DNA of 35,768 bases from Octopus sinensis (lineage: Eukaryota), in the NCBI RefSeq assembly GCF_006345805.1, contig NW_021823578.1:1-35768 (forward strand), given 5' to 3'. The position numbers and the translations under genes are program-made. Below the pieces are notes generated by a model, which searched no databases, had not been told where the DNA came from, and worked only from the letters and a program-made list of their open reading frames with translations. This document shows, piece after piece, positions 11,340-23,320 of this stretch (positions within the stretch are counted from its first letter, which is position 1; the number at the start of each line of letters is the position of its first letter).

Positions 11340-12257
11340 ATGGACGAACTTTATAGTGGGATAAAAGTAAAGAAATTAAAATTCAAGGGAGATAAGTAAG
11401 AAACACAATTTAAATATATTTTTGGCCAAAAATTAAAGACAAGAATCCGAAAAAACGTAGAAAGACAGTAGAAGAAGTCGAGCCAGAACCAGACACAATC
11501 GCCCACGGTGGATGGCGCCTTATAAAAAGTCTCAAAGAAATAAAAAGAGCATTTTCCGTAGCAATTGAACTAAAAGAGAATCAATACATGTTTTCTCAGG
11601 ATAACGGAAAAATCCGGCTTGGTAGAGTTCACCCTCCGAGTGAGCCGTTTAATTTTTACTCAATAGACGACCCACCAGATCCTGAAGAAATATTCACGTG
11701 CATAAGAATCGATCATAAAATAGCCTTCAAGTCAGGGTACGAAAAATATGTTGGGATCGACCACAAAAGTAAAGATATTGTCGGGATGTCGGCCATGAGT
11801 ACCGAAAATGAAATGTTTCATCCAGTCTTTGAATCTGTTGTTTTCATTTTATCAAATTTAAGGATAAAATGGCATTATATGGAAATAACGGTTACTTCTT
11901 GTCCTGTTCTGATGTCAATGTCACCTGTGATAGTCAAAAAGTCGGGGAGAACGAACAAATTAATGTATTTAGGGTGATTAAAACATTTTAGTTAAGGACT
12001 GATGTCTCTGAAATTGAGGATTCTGAGGATAACACTCTTTATGCAGCAACTTTAGTTGATACAGAATACAATTTTGTGTATGTCTTTATTTTTTTTAGAA
12101 TTTTTATAGTCGGAGATATCAAAGTTTTCAGTATGGAAAGATTATGATGACTAAGGAGGGGGAGGACTCTCTCTTTAAAGCAGACGGACAGGGACAGCTC
12201 CATCGCGAAATGCTCGATAGACGTATCAAGATGAAATCCGATAAATATTGTCGCTAA
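11340..12257 (+). CDS. FRG1: FRG1 (FSHD region gene 1) homolog; 6 exons, introns 29 (GT-TG) or 65, 27, 26, 27, 32 nt
   Basis: MDELYSGIKVKKLKFKGDK; HGGWRLI; VAIE; PDPEEIFTCI; KIAFKSGYEKYVGI; EMFHPVFES/DKMALYGNNGYFLS; YQSFQYGK; GQLHREMLDRRIKMKSDKYCR*. Confidence 0.95.
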
Positions 12258-12814
12258 TTTATTCTCTTAATTATGTTAAAAATACTTTTGTTATGATTAT
12301 AAAGTCAATATTTTATAGAACATTGTTTTTATTCTTAGATATAAAGATAATGTTTGACTCCATTTACTATTTAGTTTAAGATTTCGGGTAATTCCTGCAT
12401 AGGTTGACTGCGCCAAATAAAGAAAGATCCTTTTCAGAGCCTTACCCCCAATTGTTGTGGTCTTAAATTTGTCTTGTTTAGTTTACTATCTGCAAATACA
12501 GTTCCATAGAATAATGCTTAAGATAATTTGCTTCTCTAGTGCTAGTGTTGTTAGGAACAGAATTACAGCATCATTTCTTTCCTACAAGCCAGGAAGAGAG
12601 GATTTAGCCACGAATGAAGCACTAAAAAGCCTTCTGTTTTGGATATCTAAAAAGACAGTTTTTAATCCACTTCTTTCTGATTGTAATCTCTATCTTTTCG
12701 CTATGGCGTTGAAATTATTATCAAATGTCTGCCTCCCCAATTCTATTATAGATATTATAATATTGCTTATACTTGAAGTAGAACACCGATCTACAGATTG
12801 ATACATTTTTTGAT

Positions 12815-15090
12815 TTTTATTATAGGCACTTTCGCGATGCCATGGATCATGACAAAGCTTGTGCAGCACAGGAAACAATAATAGTAATTAGTTTATTCCA
12901 TTTCCCGCAATCTTGGGCGACGTCCCGTAATGCATTGAGATCGTCCCCGTCCTTCAATTCTTTACCAGCCCTCTTTAAGTTTTTATCCAACGTACTTAGA
13001 GGCTAAAGTACGTCGGAGGTGATCTCTATGAAAAGAGTCTAGGTTGTCATCGTCTGTAGCGGAAAGTCTCCAAGTTCTGGCGTTAGGCTTCACTAGTGAA
13101 TTGTATAGTCGTATCCGTGTTTTTGTGCTGAGTCCTTTTCGTTTTAGCCAATTTTTCCTTTAAGCTGCGTAGTGCACTGTTTGCATGTGTTTTTGCATAA
13201 TCAAGTCTTGTTCGTCTCCTAATAGAGATCCGAGTTTCTTTAATTTTTTCCAATGTTCGTCCAGCTTAGACTTCTGTCCTGCTAGTTCAGTAAATTTGTT
13301 TTTTCCACATTTACATTGAGGAACCACTCAGCAAGTCTATTTGGCATCACTTCCAGTAGGCTTTTTAGAACGTCCCTGTCGGAAAAAATAAATTCCACGT
13401 CATCCGCGTATGCCACTACATTGATCTTTCCTTAATAGTTTTAATTCTCTCAATCCAGCTTCCAGATATATGACAAACAGTATAGGAGATAACGGATCCC
13501 CTTGAGATGTTGTTTCAAATAGTTTAGAGCACTTGTCTCGTACCCTGACCAATAGATAGGTTTCTGATAAGAGTGCCCTGATCATCCGGATAGAAGATTC
13601 ATTAAGGAATCCTACAAGGACTTACAATAATTTCTGACGATTAATCGAATCAAAATCTCTTGACATATCAATGCCAAGAATGTATGTCGCATTTTTGAAC
13701 CTTTGAATGGCGGAACAATGCTATCTATGGGTCCACACGATGTCAGAAGTCGATCTTCCTTCGTGAAATCTGCTGTGAAAATCGGATACAGTGAACCCTC
13801 GCAAATTAGTCACCTCGCAAATTGGCAAATTTAAAAATTGGCCATTTTTTCACAATTTACTAAGAAAAAAATTAATTTTCTCAGTAAATGTTTGAATTAA
13901 TTTTTTTATTTAGAAAAAAAAGTAGAAAATAAATTATTTTTTTAATCACATGTCTTATAAAATTTCTCGTGGACGTTACACTCGGCTCACTTTTCTTGAA
14001 AAAACACAAATTATAAACTACAAGGAAGAAAATGACAGTGTTTTGTGTCAGATCTACTGCTTAATAAAGACTCTATTTTACGGGATTCGAAAATCTATCA
14101 AAATTCGTTTAAAGCTGCTTACAAACCAAAATTTCCTACGCTTGAAGAAAAATTGATCGAATGGATGGATACAATAGAGTCTAAAGGTATTAATTGAAAA
14201 CTAATTTCTAGGTGGTTTTTTGAATGATTTCTTAATATCGTGTATGGCTGCGCATTTTCCCGAAGAGTTACAACTTAGTAATTTTAAAAATTCTAATGGA
14301 TTTGTGGCAAAATTCAAAAAGAGACGGTTTTAGAATGCTAAAATTACATGGAGAGATGTGAACTGATAGAGAAGTTGACATTAATTTCTTTCGTGAAGAA
14401 TTCAAAGAAATTTCTAAATTGTATAAGCCTGATCTAATTTATAATTTGGATGAAAATGCATTATACTACAAGCTCATTCCATCGAAAAGCGTATGCAGAA
14501 ACCGATTCCAAAGATACAAAATTTTAAAGACCGTGTGTCTATTATGCTTTGTTCAAACATGACCGGAAGTCATTAATTGAAACCTGGTTGATCGGGAAAC
14601 CGAAAATGCCTAGATTTTTTTAGAAATTTTGACTATGGATGTCTTGTCTCATATTATAGCTCGCAGAAAGCTTGGATGACTGGATCTATTTTTATTGATT
14701 GGATTATTAGCTTTGATCTTTAGCTTAAAATTGAAAAGAAGACAATTTTATTGCTGATAGACCACTGTCCTGTACATTCTATTCCTCAAAACTTGGATTG
14801 TATTAAGATTTTATTTTTCCTGAAAATTCTACTGGATTACTACAACCAATGGATATTGGAATTATAAAAACTTTCAAGACTCATTTCATGAGAAGAAAGC
14901 TACAAGAAGATCAAGAGTTTGAAAGTAGCGACGAAGAGACAAAAATCATATGTACCAAAAATGGCCAATTTGCGAGGAGGGTTCACTGTATAAATAATTC
15001 GGTGCGAGGTTTTATTTTTTCTAGCGTAATGATTGCAAGAACTTTCCGTATGCTATTCATAAGAATTACTTGCCTCAGATTCTCCACTTT
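12815..15090 (-). mobile_element. RTE-like LINE (same clade as 4858-6684), decayed, split by the pogo element
   Basis: Removing 13789-14988 and one TA restores VENLRQVILMNSIRKVLAIITLEKIKPRTELFISDFHS..GRSTSDIVWTHR..ILGIDMS. Also SQGDPLSPILFVIYLE and YADD. The 3' end is gaaagtgcctataataa. Confidence 0.9.
13789..14988 (+). mobile_element. pogo/Tigger-family DNA transposon with intact termini and an inactivated transposase
   Basis: TIRs CAGTGAACCCTC / GAGGGTTCACTG, TA on both sides. Motifs: RLTFLEK (CENP-B-like HTH), IYNLDE, DRVSIMLCSNMTGS, AWMT, LLLIDHCPVH, LQPMDIGII. 25-nt intron at 14187-14211. Confidence 0.95.
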
Positions 15091-15290
15091 TGATAAAATT
15101 TCAATATTAAATAAATATTCCATCTAAGATAAAAATTTTTTCCCAATAGATAAGAACATTTGCGTGAGCTTTTCTTGTATAAAAATTTTTTCCTGACAAG
15201 AAACTTTTCAAAAGTATTTGATAGAAATACTAAATAACAGATTCTTTGATTATCAAGTTTTTGATAGAAAGATAAAATGACAAGATATTT

Positions 15291-16956
15291 TGTCACGAGC
15301 CTAGGTTGTTACCGAGCCTAGGTCGTTACATTTCGCTTATTTTTCTATAAAGATTAAAAATTAATTTATCGCTAATCCTAATAAAATTATTCTTAATATT
15401 TAAAATTAATCTATTAAATATTAAAACAAAAATATCCGGATAACCATACATCTTTAATTGTAATATATATAAAGGCGTGTTTCTTCTGTGTTACTTATGT
15501 CGCGTTCTTTTGTAAGAGATATGGATGAGTATCGATTGCTAGAAAAAGTTTTAAATGGACAAAATATCGAAAATCAATCGAGATAAAAAGTTTACTGCCT
15601 TAAAAAGAAAGCTAAAAACTTTATGTGGACATAACACTCTCGAGAACATGTGCCATGAAAGATACTTCACTGTAAAACGACAAATAATCCGAAAAATTGT
15701 TGCCGATTGTGAAATTTGCAAATTTTTAACTCCCTTAAAACTAGGGGATGAAGAAAATCATGTGATTGCCAATCGTCCAAATGAAAAATTGACGTTGACG
15801 TCTACTCGAAGTTTGCATTTACTCGAAACCTAAAGCATAAAAGCGGAAATGACGTTCCATACGGAGAAGTTTGTACAATAAGTGAAATCCTCCCGCATAA
15901 TATGGTCAGAGTTGAAATGGACGATGGAACTACTAAGAAGACACTTATGAAAAGAATTAAAAAAATTTAAATAACATAATTTGTCTTGATTGTTTTGTTA
16001 ATAAAAAAAATTCAAAACCTAATTAGCAGAGAAACATTTATAACCGAACATTCAAATAGACAAAATTTTTGAATAAAAATACATTTTCTGCGTATTTTTC
16101 TATGAAGCATTTTGAAGTTTTCTTATTTGAAAAAATAGCGATTTAAAATAAAAATATTATTTTTAAGCATTTTAAATTTTTCTTATTTGAAAAAAATAGC
16201 AATTCATAAATTAAAATATTATTTCTTTCCTGCAGACGCAGTGCTGGGCGTGCCCCACGCCACGCTGCCCTAAATGACGTTGTCCTGAGGGGGCTCAAAG
16301 CTGCCGGAATCCCATCAATTCTCGAACCAGTTGGGCTTGCTTGGGGAGACGGAAAGAGGCCTCCCATTCGAGTTCGGAAAATCGCTAATATGGGATGCAA
16401 CTTGCTCAGATACTTTTCGCAGAGCAGAAGAATTAAAGATTTCAAAGTACACCAATCTCTCGGAACGCTATCTGTTTACCCCGATCGCCGTGGAGACCTC
16501 TGGCGTAATTGGTAACAGGTCACTCATTTTCCTCAAAAAGCTGGGTCGTTGATTTCTCGCAAGAGAAACGACACGCGTGAGTGTGGATGGCTCCTTCAGA
16601 GGATTTCCCTTGCCATTGTACGTGGAAACTGTTTCTCCATCTACGAGGCAGGGAAGTCCTCTTGTTAACTCTCTTTTCTCTCTGTTTTCTTTTAAGAAAT
16701 AAAAACACGTCAATTATAAAAAAAAATATTATTTTTAGTCAGGAAATCGTTTTTAAAGCACAGTCTATAGTTGGCATTAATTTTAAATTTTATCATCAAA
16801 AATATTGGCATCCAATTCCATTTCTAAGTATTTGTCATTTTATAATATTTATTTTGACAAAGTCGATTTTGAAATTGAATTCAAATATTTTTTGAATTTT
16901 TTTCTAAGTCCATAAGTGTCACGACCTAGGCTCGGTAACACCCTATGCTCGTGACA
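15291..16956 (+). mobile_element. Ginger2-like DNA transposon, internally deleted; 40-bp TIRs; 5-bp TSD TATTT
   Basis: TIRs at 15291-15330 and 16917-16956 (3 mismatches, TGT...ACA); tattt at 15286-15290 and 16957-16961. Residual integrase Zn-binding region RQIIRKIVADCEICK...HVIANRPNEK. Confidence 0.9.
16225..16722 (+). mobile_element. CRE-like RLE retrotransposon 3' part nested in the Ginger element; 12-bp TSD
   Basis: [65 protein letters not shown]; A-rich tail; aaaatattattt at 16213-16224 and 16723-16734. Confidence 0.9.
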
Positions 16957-17170
16957 TATTTCCTTATTTTAATCTTTCCCATGTTTTGATAATACAATCC
17001 AATATAGTGAACTACAAAGCACGTCTTAGGAAGTTTAGAAATTGTATTCATAAAATATTTCACTGACTTACATCACATAAATAAATTTTTGATAATTTTA
17101 GAAATCTACAAAGTCAAAATTAAGTTCAATTAAATTGTTTGTATTTCTTGATATTGAATTTTGAATAAAA

Positions 17171-19013
17171 TGTCACCGGTTTTATAGCCCACCGGGTTGG
17201 ATAACCCACCATCGAAAAAACTATCAAAAAAATATAAATAAAATCTAAAAATCATCAGAAAATATAATTAACTTTGATTTTCTTCTTTTTTATTAGTTTT
17301 TATATTTCTGCCTGTTGCATAAATCACACATCATTCATTTGTGCTTTACATTTTTAAAATAAATAAAATTTTATTTATTTAATGGGATAAAAAATAAGAA
17401 TTAATTCATTTAAAAAAATCAAAATTTTAATCAAATTTTTTTTAATCTACTAAAATGGACGTTTGATACTGATTCTCCATTATCTTTATTAATAGTACAC
17501 GTAGTTTCAAATTTTTCTGAAACTGTGTACTTATTTATATCCAGTTCGTCATATAATGGGTATCTCCGGTTACCAGGGTTATCATCCCTGTCGTGTTTCA
17601 GCAGCACTGTATCTCCAATTTCAATGTCTTCTGCGTCATATTTCCACTTACGACGTTTTTTCATTTTCTCTCCAGCTTTAACAAGGTTGTCATGCACTTC
17701 TTTCTCAGTTCTTTTATCGTCATTTTCAAAATATTTCGAATTTGACTCATCACTTTGTTCTGCATTTGTTCCGTCGAACATTAACAATGCATTTATTTGA
17801 TCTTCTGTTCTCTCCGAATCTTTTTTATCCCCCATAAAAATTTTGAAGGGCGCCCATTTGGTAGTTTCATGTTTTGTGGAATTATATTTGTATACAATTT
17901 CCTGATAAAAATCCTTGAATTTCCCTAGCATTCCGTTGTATGCACTTGTAGAGCTAATCCATCTTTTAATTGATTGATTAAACCTACAAAAAATTGACTA
18001 TAAGAAACCTCTCCACTTTCCCCTGAACCCAGGGTGCTCTAGGTCGTCCACATATATGAGTGATGTTTAATTCGGAGCACATTATTTCCATGCATTTATT
18101 CTTGAACTCTTTCCCGTTGTCTGTCTGCAAGATAAACGGGGGTCGGATTGAGAAGAAAATCTTTTTTAACTTTCTTGTTATTTCTTCGGCTGATTTCGTT
18201 TTTGCGAGTTTTACCACTGCAAATTTGGAAAAAGAGTCGATTACAACAACCAACTATGACTTATTCAAAAAAAAGACCCATCCATAATTGCTGTTAAGGT
18301 TTGAATATCTCCTCAGATCCACTAAATCTGCAATATACCGATCTCTAGATCCTCTTGCAATTATGGGGTGATAGTTGGTTTTGTTGCCATGAAATTTTTC
18401 GACTAACACTGATTAACAACATTACTTGGCAATAGACACATTTTCCTATCACACTACAAATTTCTTCCCTTGTTACTGAATATATTTGATCTCTTAGTAA
18501 CGATAGCATTCTGTCTCTACCAAAATGAGTATTCATATGCTCGATCTTCAATTGTTTTGAAATAGATACCTCAATAATTTTTAACTTTAGCTCACTTTCT
18601 TCTAGAGTAAAAAAACGTAGTTTTTTATTTCCGACTTTTATATACGTTTTTTCAGGAACTTTGAAGCAAAAACGATTTTTAAGCGTCCTGAGCCTTCTCA
18701 TTTTCTCTTTATCGTATATAGTAGTGGTGTCATCAAAATTTTTTATTTCATTAAGTTGGTTTGTCGTTAATTTCAAAAGAACCATATTCTAATTGAACTT
18801 TATTGAACAACCCTACTTATTTTCACAGCTTTTAAACTTTATTAATAAAAAGTTATAGTTTTCACGCTAAAATATTTAATAAAAAAGAACAATAAATTAT
18901 TAAAATAATTAAGAAAATCATTTTTTCCAATGAAATTAAATATAGGAAAAATATTATATTATAAATATGGCAGTAGGTGGGTTATCCAACCCGGTGGGCT
19001 AAAACCGGTGACA
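17171..19013 (-). mobile_element. Full-length Ginger2/Tdd-like integrase DNA transposon; ~38-40-bp TIRs; 5-bp TSD TAAAA
   Basis: Left end tgtcaccggttttatagcccaccgggttggataacccacc; the right end is its inverse with a 2-nt indel. taaaa at 17166-17170 and 19014-19018. No LTR, gag or RT. Confidence 0.95.
17431..18785 (-). CDS. Ginger2-like (KRBA2/SCAND3-type) DDE integrase/transposase; 4 micro-introns; one 1-nt frameshift near 18363
   Basis: H2C2 motif EHMNTHFGRDRM...CVYCQ; DLVDLR; IDSFSK; LQTDNGKEF; GRPRAPWVQGKVERFN. Introns 18546-18569, 18403-18425, 18254-18277, 17984-18008. Confidence 0.85.
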
Positions 19014-19617
19014 TAAAATGTAACAAAAAATTATACTATGGAGTTGTTTCTCATATTATGTAACCCCGCAGTCTTGGTTTTATCAATTTCAAATTAAATA
19101 AGGCCATCTAGATTAAATAGTGGAACAATCTAAATTTTAGATTAGATTCTGAAAGATCCAGCGTAAAAAATAAAGTTAAATGATTTTTTCTGTCAAAAAG
19201 TTAAATGATTTTTTCCTCCGAACATAATTCGAAAAATGGAGCAATGGTTTCTCATTAAAAAATCAAAAATTGGCAAAGTAAATCGTCTGACTCTAACTCA
19301 ATGAAACGTGATGAAAATCATTTTTCCTAGCAAACAAACTATTACTAAAAATATAAAGCAACATGCAACATATTACTTATGCAACATTTCAAATTTTTTA
19401 AAAATCGTATTTTAAGTATAAAGAATTTTAGAGGTTTATAAACACAAGAGGACAACACATTATTAATTTTTATTGCTTTCTGCTATTTTTTTCATTTTAT
19501 AATTATGTTTCTTGTAATAATTTCTACATCCATACATAAAATGTGTATTTCAAATTTTTATTAATTAAAAATCGAGTTTTTATGGTGTCCACTATGTTCA
19601 CGTTTAATTAAATAGTT

Positions 19618-19762
19618 TAACTGATGTGGCTTTTTGAGCGCATCTCTCTCGCAGTTCTAAGGGGGAACTGTTCCTCGATCCTCCTCTCGGCTGCGGTTCC
19701 GCCTCTTAATTAGTGATTTCTTTACCTTATAAACTGTCATTTCTCAAAAAAAAAAAAAAAAA
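19618..19762 (+). mobile_element. 145-bp 5'-truncated CRE-like retrotransposon with poly(A) tail and 12-bp TSD
   Basis: Reads LMWLFERISLAVLRGNCSSILLSA; A-run from 19746; aattaaatagtt at 19606-19617 and 19763-19774. Confidence 0.9.
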
Positions 19763-20623
19763 AATTAAATAGTTAAAAAGCAACACATTTGATGTAAGTC
19801 CCGAATGTCGACAGTAATACAAAACATCCGTGAATGTTCGGAATAGTGGAAACAGCTCTCAAAGAAATGAATATCTGCATTTCATTTTGCAGACTAGAAT
19901 TCTATTATCTGATTAACGTGAGTATAGACAAGGCAAGAGTTTCAAAGTTAATAGATCACTCGACTACACGATATAGTATAATGCTGAACAGTGATTAATA
20001 GGGGTGAATATTTAGCAGCATGTAGTTTAAACTTTTTTGTATGCCACGCACATCTAAATCTCTTCTAACTAAAGGAACATTAATTGTCAACGAATTTCCT
20101 AAAGAATTTCAATTAAATAAAAACCATGAGTTATTTTGTAAACTATGTTTAACGACAGTGAAGTGCTAAAAAATGCATTTTGATAACCTCCACAGGTTGT
20201 CCAAGAAACATAAATAAAAGTTTAAACTAGGAACTTTACAAGTTTAAGCTGAGAAAAAATATTCGCCCTAGTGATTAGATAAAGTTTAATAACAGTGATT
20301 AGATAAGATTTCTTAAATTTTCTCTTCTCAATCCCTTCAGATAGAGTATCAAGATGTTTGATCGACATTTTAATGTTCTAATCGGAAAATAAGTTCTTAT
20401 ACGTCAGAAACTTTGCAGGTTAGACACTCTTTCCTTTTACAAAGAAAGGTAGTCGGGTGTTCTGGCATCAATCAATAAAATTACGGCAAATTCAACAAAT
20501 TTCCCGAATGTTTTCTCATTAAACTTTATTTTGCATTTAATCCAATGTAACTCTGTTTTAACATAGTGTGATAACTCAATGACATTTATTCTCTTGTTAA
20601 CAAATAAAATTAAACAATTTATT

Positions 20624-20698
20624 TCGGGAATTGTCTTTCAATCCTGCGAGCCAGTACTTAATAGTTAGATTTTTTTAAACAATTTCCATTAATAAAAA
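20624..20698 (+). mobile_element. ~75-bp 3' stub of a CRE-like element (same family as 29216-29577)
   Basis: cgggaattgtctttcaatcctgcgagccagt is identical to ~29496-29526; short A tail; aatttatt at 20616-20623 and 20699-20706. Confidence 0.75.
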
Positions 20699-20940
20699 AA
20701 TTTATTACATATCTCGTTTTGCAGTTTCGTTATCAAATCCTTTACTCTTTTTTAGTTTTAAGCGAAATTTGTCTATACCATAAAACAATATTATATAAGG
20801 TCTATTCAAACAATTATACGTTTCAGACCGAGTGCTCTGATTTTTTGAAATAACCGCAAACTTTCCACATGCATCACGATTGCGTTAAGCCATAGTTTAA
20901 TTATTAATTATCGTGATTAATCTTATAGTTATAACTATGG

Positions 20941-22570
20941 ATGACCTCTCTAAAAAAAGTAATTTCTTTGTAGAAAATCGTATCAGATCGCATCTCATTT
21001 AGGGGACGCCTAATTGTGGGAGTTAATACATTCCTCTGTCTCACAATCTTACTTATGCAACGAATTAATCTAAATGTCGTCATTCCCCAAATCGTCACAA
21101 TTAATAACGACAATTCAACTGTAGATTAAAATTTTTAATTTTAGAAAATAAAATGGTCTGTCACTGAGAAATCTCTTTCATTAATGTCAATTTACATAGG
21201 ATTCTCACTTACTCAGTTAGCAGGGGGAATCCTGGCGGAGAGCTACGGACCAAAAAGACTTCTTTCTATTGCGACTATGTTGTCCTCACTGGCATGTTTG
21301 CTATCCCCGATAGCCCTTGAAAAGTCAACAACTGGGCTTGTCATCATTCGAATAATTATGGGCTGTGCTCAGGTTAAATTCATTTTTATGTCTTGTTAGG
21401 GAGTTTATTATCCTAGTGTGATTGTTATAATGACAAATTGGTTTCAACCAAATTTTCGTTCTACTGCAATTGGACTGGCTTTCCCTGGTTCGAAAATATA
21501 GTTTACGTCAAAAGGAACTCAATTTGGATCTGTCTTGGCATTATCTATTACTTCTGCTTTTGCAAGCAAACCTTCACTGTGGAGGGGATCATTTTATCTT
21601 TTTGGTTAGTGAGTGACGGATATCGTTCCATAGGTGGAATCGGGCTATTTTGGCTTATTTTTTGGACATTTTTGGTAACGGACGATCCTGCAGACAACCG
21701 TTGGATTAAATCAGATGAAAAAGAATTTCTTAATCGAAAAGTCGAACGAAGACAAATTACAAATATTAAAGTACAAGACATAATCTTGAATTAGCAGAAA
21801 GTTCCTCTTAGGAAATTACTCACTTCGGTCCCGGTTGTGTCAGTCATGACATTTCATTTTGGGGCATTTTGGGCGACTGCATTAATATTTACAATCATCC
21901 CATCTCTGATTAAAGATTTGTATTACATCGAAGTGAAAAACGTATTTTAGCAATATTGAGTAATTCACAGCAAACATACATCTCTTTTCTTTCTCCAGTA
22001 CTTACGTGGATCGGAGGGTCATCTTCCTGCGCTTTGTCCGACTTTCTTCTCCGAAAAAAATTAATGTCAAAGTTAAATATCAGAAAATTCATAAATGTAT
22101 AGCAAAATTATCAAAAATTAGAATAGACTTTGACTATGATTCCAACAGGGATGTTTTTCATGTTATCTACTCTTGTCATACCGGAAAAATATTATTGGGG
22201 TGTATTCTTAGTCCTTATGGGTTCTTATTTCTCGGGTTTTCAAGTCGCTGTAATCATGCCTAATATTGTTGATCTGGCTCCTCAATATTGTGGACTAATT
22301 GCTGGGATTTCTAACACTTTGGCTGCTTTCGCGGCAATAATTGGAATTGAGCTGACTTATATTATCGTCACTGACCAGGTTACTTAATTTAGTTACATCT
22401 CGTAGCATAAATCTTCAGAATGGCAAATTGTTTTTGGCATCATGTTGTTAATTCAGACGATTGGATTTCTCATATTTAATGGATTTGCTCAAGCAAAAAT
22501 ACAAGACTGGGCAATGGATCGTACCAATACTGATAAAGATCCAAAATCTTCAGAAATGGCTGATCTTTAA
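20941..22570 (+). CDS. SLC17/ACS-family MFS anion transporter (sialin/VGLUT-like); ~10 exons, introns 24-33 nt; start codon uncertain
   Basis: The spliced product is open to TAA 22568-22570: MQRINLNVVI, TQLAGGILAESYGPKR, IRIIMGCAQ/GVYYPSV, W..PNFRST, GTQFG, WRGSFYLF/GG, DDPADNRWIKSDEKEF, VPLRKLLTSVPV, NIVDLAPQYCGLIAGISNT, EWQIVF, IQDWA. Confidence 0.92.
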
Positions 22571-23119
22571 ATAGAGTGTATTATTTTTCTTATAATTTTA
22601 ATAACAAAATAAATAAAGAATTTCATTGATGTTCTGTCGATGATGCACCAGCATATACCAAAAATTAAAACAAATTAGCAGTGACTGAAAAAAACAATTT
22701 TTAATGTTTTAATGAGTTTTTGAACTCAATATTATTTTCAAACATCGACAGAAAAGGCTATGGTATTAAATCAAGTCCGGAGAATTCTCCGATGATTAAA
22801 AAGCTCTTTTTACAGAATGGCTAGCGAGATCCTTTGACAGATTTCTATTTTGAGAAGATGCGAACGATTATTAATATAGGGTTTTTCCAGCTTTAACGTC
22901 GAAAGCGCAAGCATTAGTGTTGACGAATCAAACATTAGTGTTTAATGTCGAAACTTTAAACATTGCCATTGAAACCTCATATAAACAATCATTTACGTTT
23001 TTTCGGAAAATTCTGTATTAGAGTAAGAGCTATTTATAGACAAAAAAGGATTAAAATATTCCTTTCAACAAAAAATTGTTTGTTGAACATTTAATTAATA
23101 GAAAATCTAATACATAAAT

Positions 23120-23320
23120 GATTGTCTAAATATGCCAAAATCCTCTATAAGGAAAATACTATGCCAATGGAAAAAATCTGGAGATTGAGAGCAAACCTCG
23201 CAGTGAAGATTATTATTCCAAATTAAATGATTTACACAAGCAATAAATTCTTGGTTTAATCGATGATAATCCATTATTAACACTATCAAAGTTAAAAGAC
23301 ATGCTGTCGAGGTATTCTGA
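23120..23320 (+). mobile_element. IS630/Tc1-like transposase HTH remnant
   Basis: LNMPKSSIRKILCQWKKSG..KPRS...SKLNDLHKQ*ILGLIDDNPLLTLSKLKDML. Confidence 0.55.

Noticed and set aside
12360-12810. Gene in ORF 12457-12801
   Set aside because: There is no ATG start, no recognisable motif and no consistent spliced model on either strand.
17171-19013. LTR retrotransposon or endogenous retrovirus
   Set aside because: The integrase is the only coding content and is bounded by inverted, not direct, repeats; there is no gag, protease or RT.
19618-19762. SINE or processed pseudogene
   Set aside because: It translates to the CRE-like C-terminal RISLAVLRGNC motif and has no Pol III boxes.
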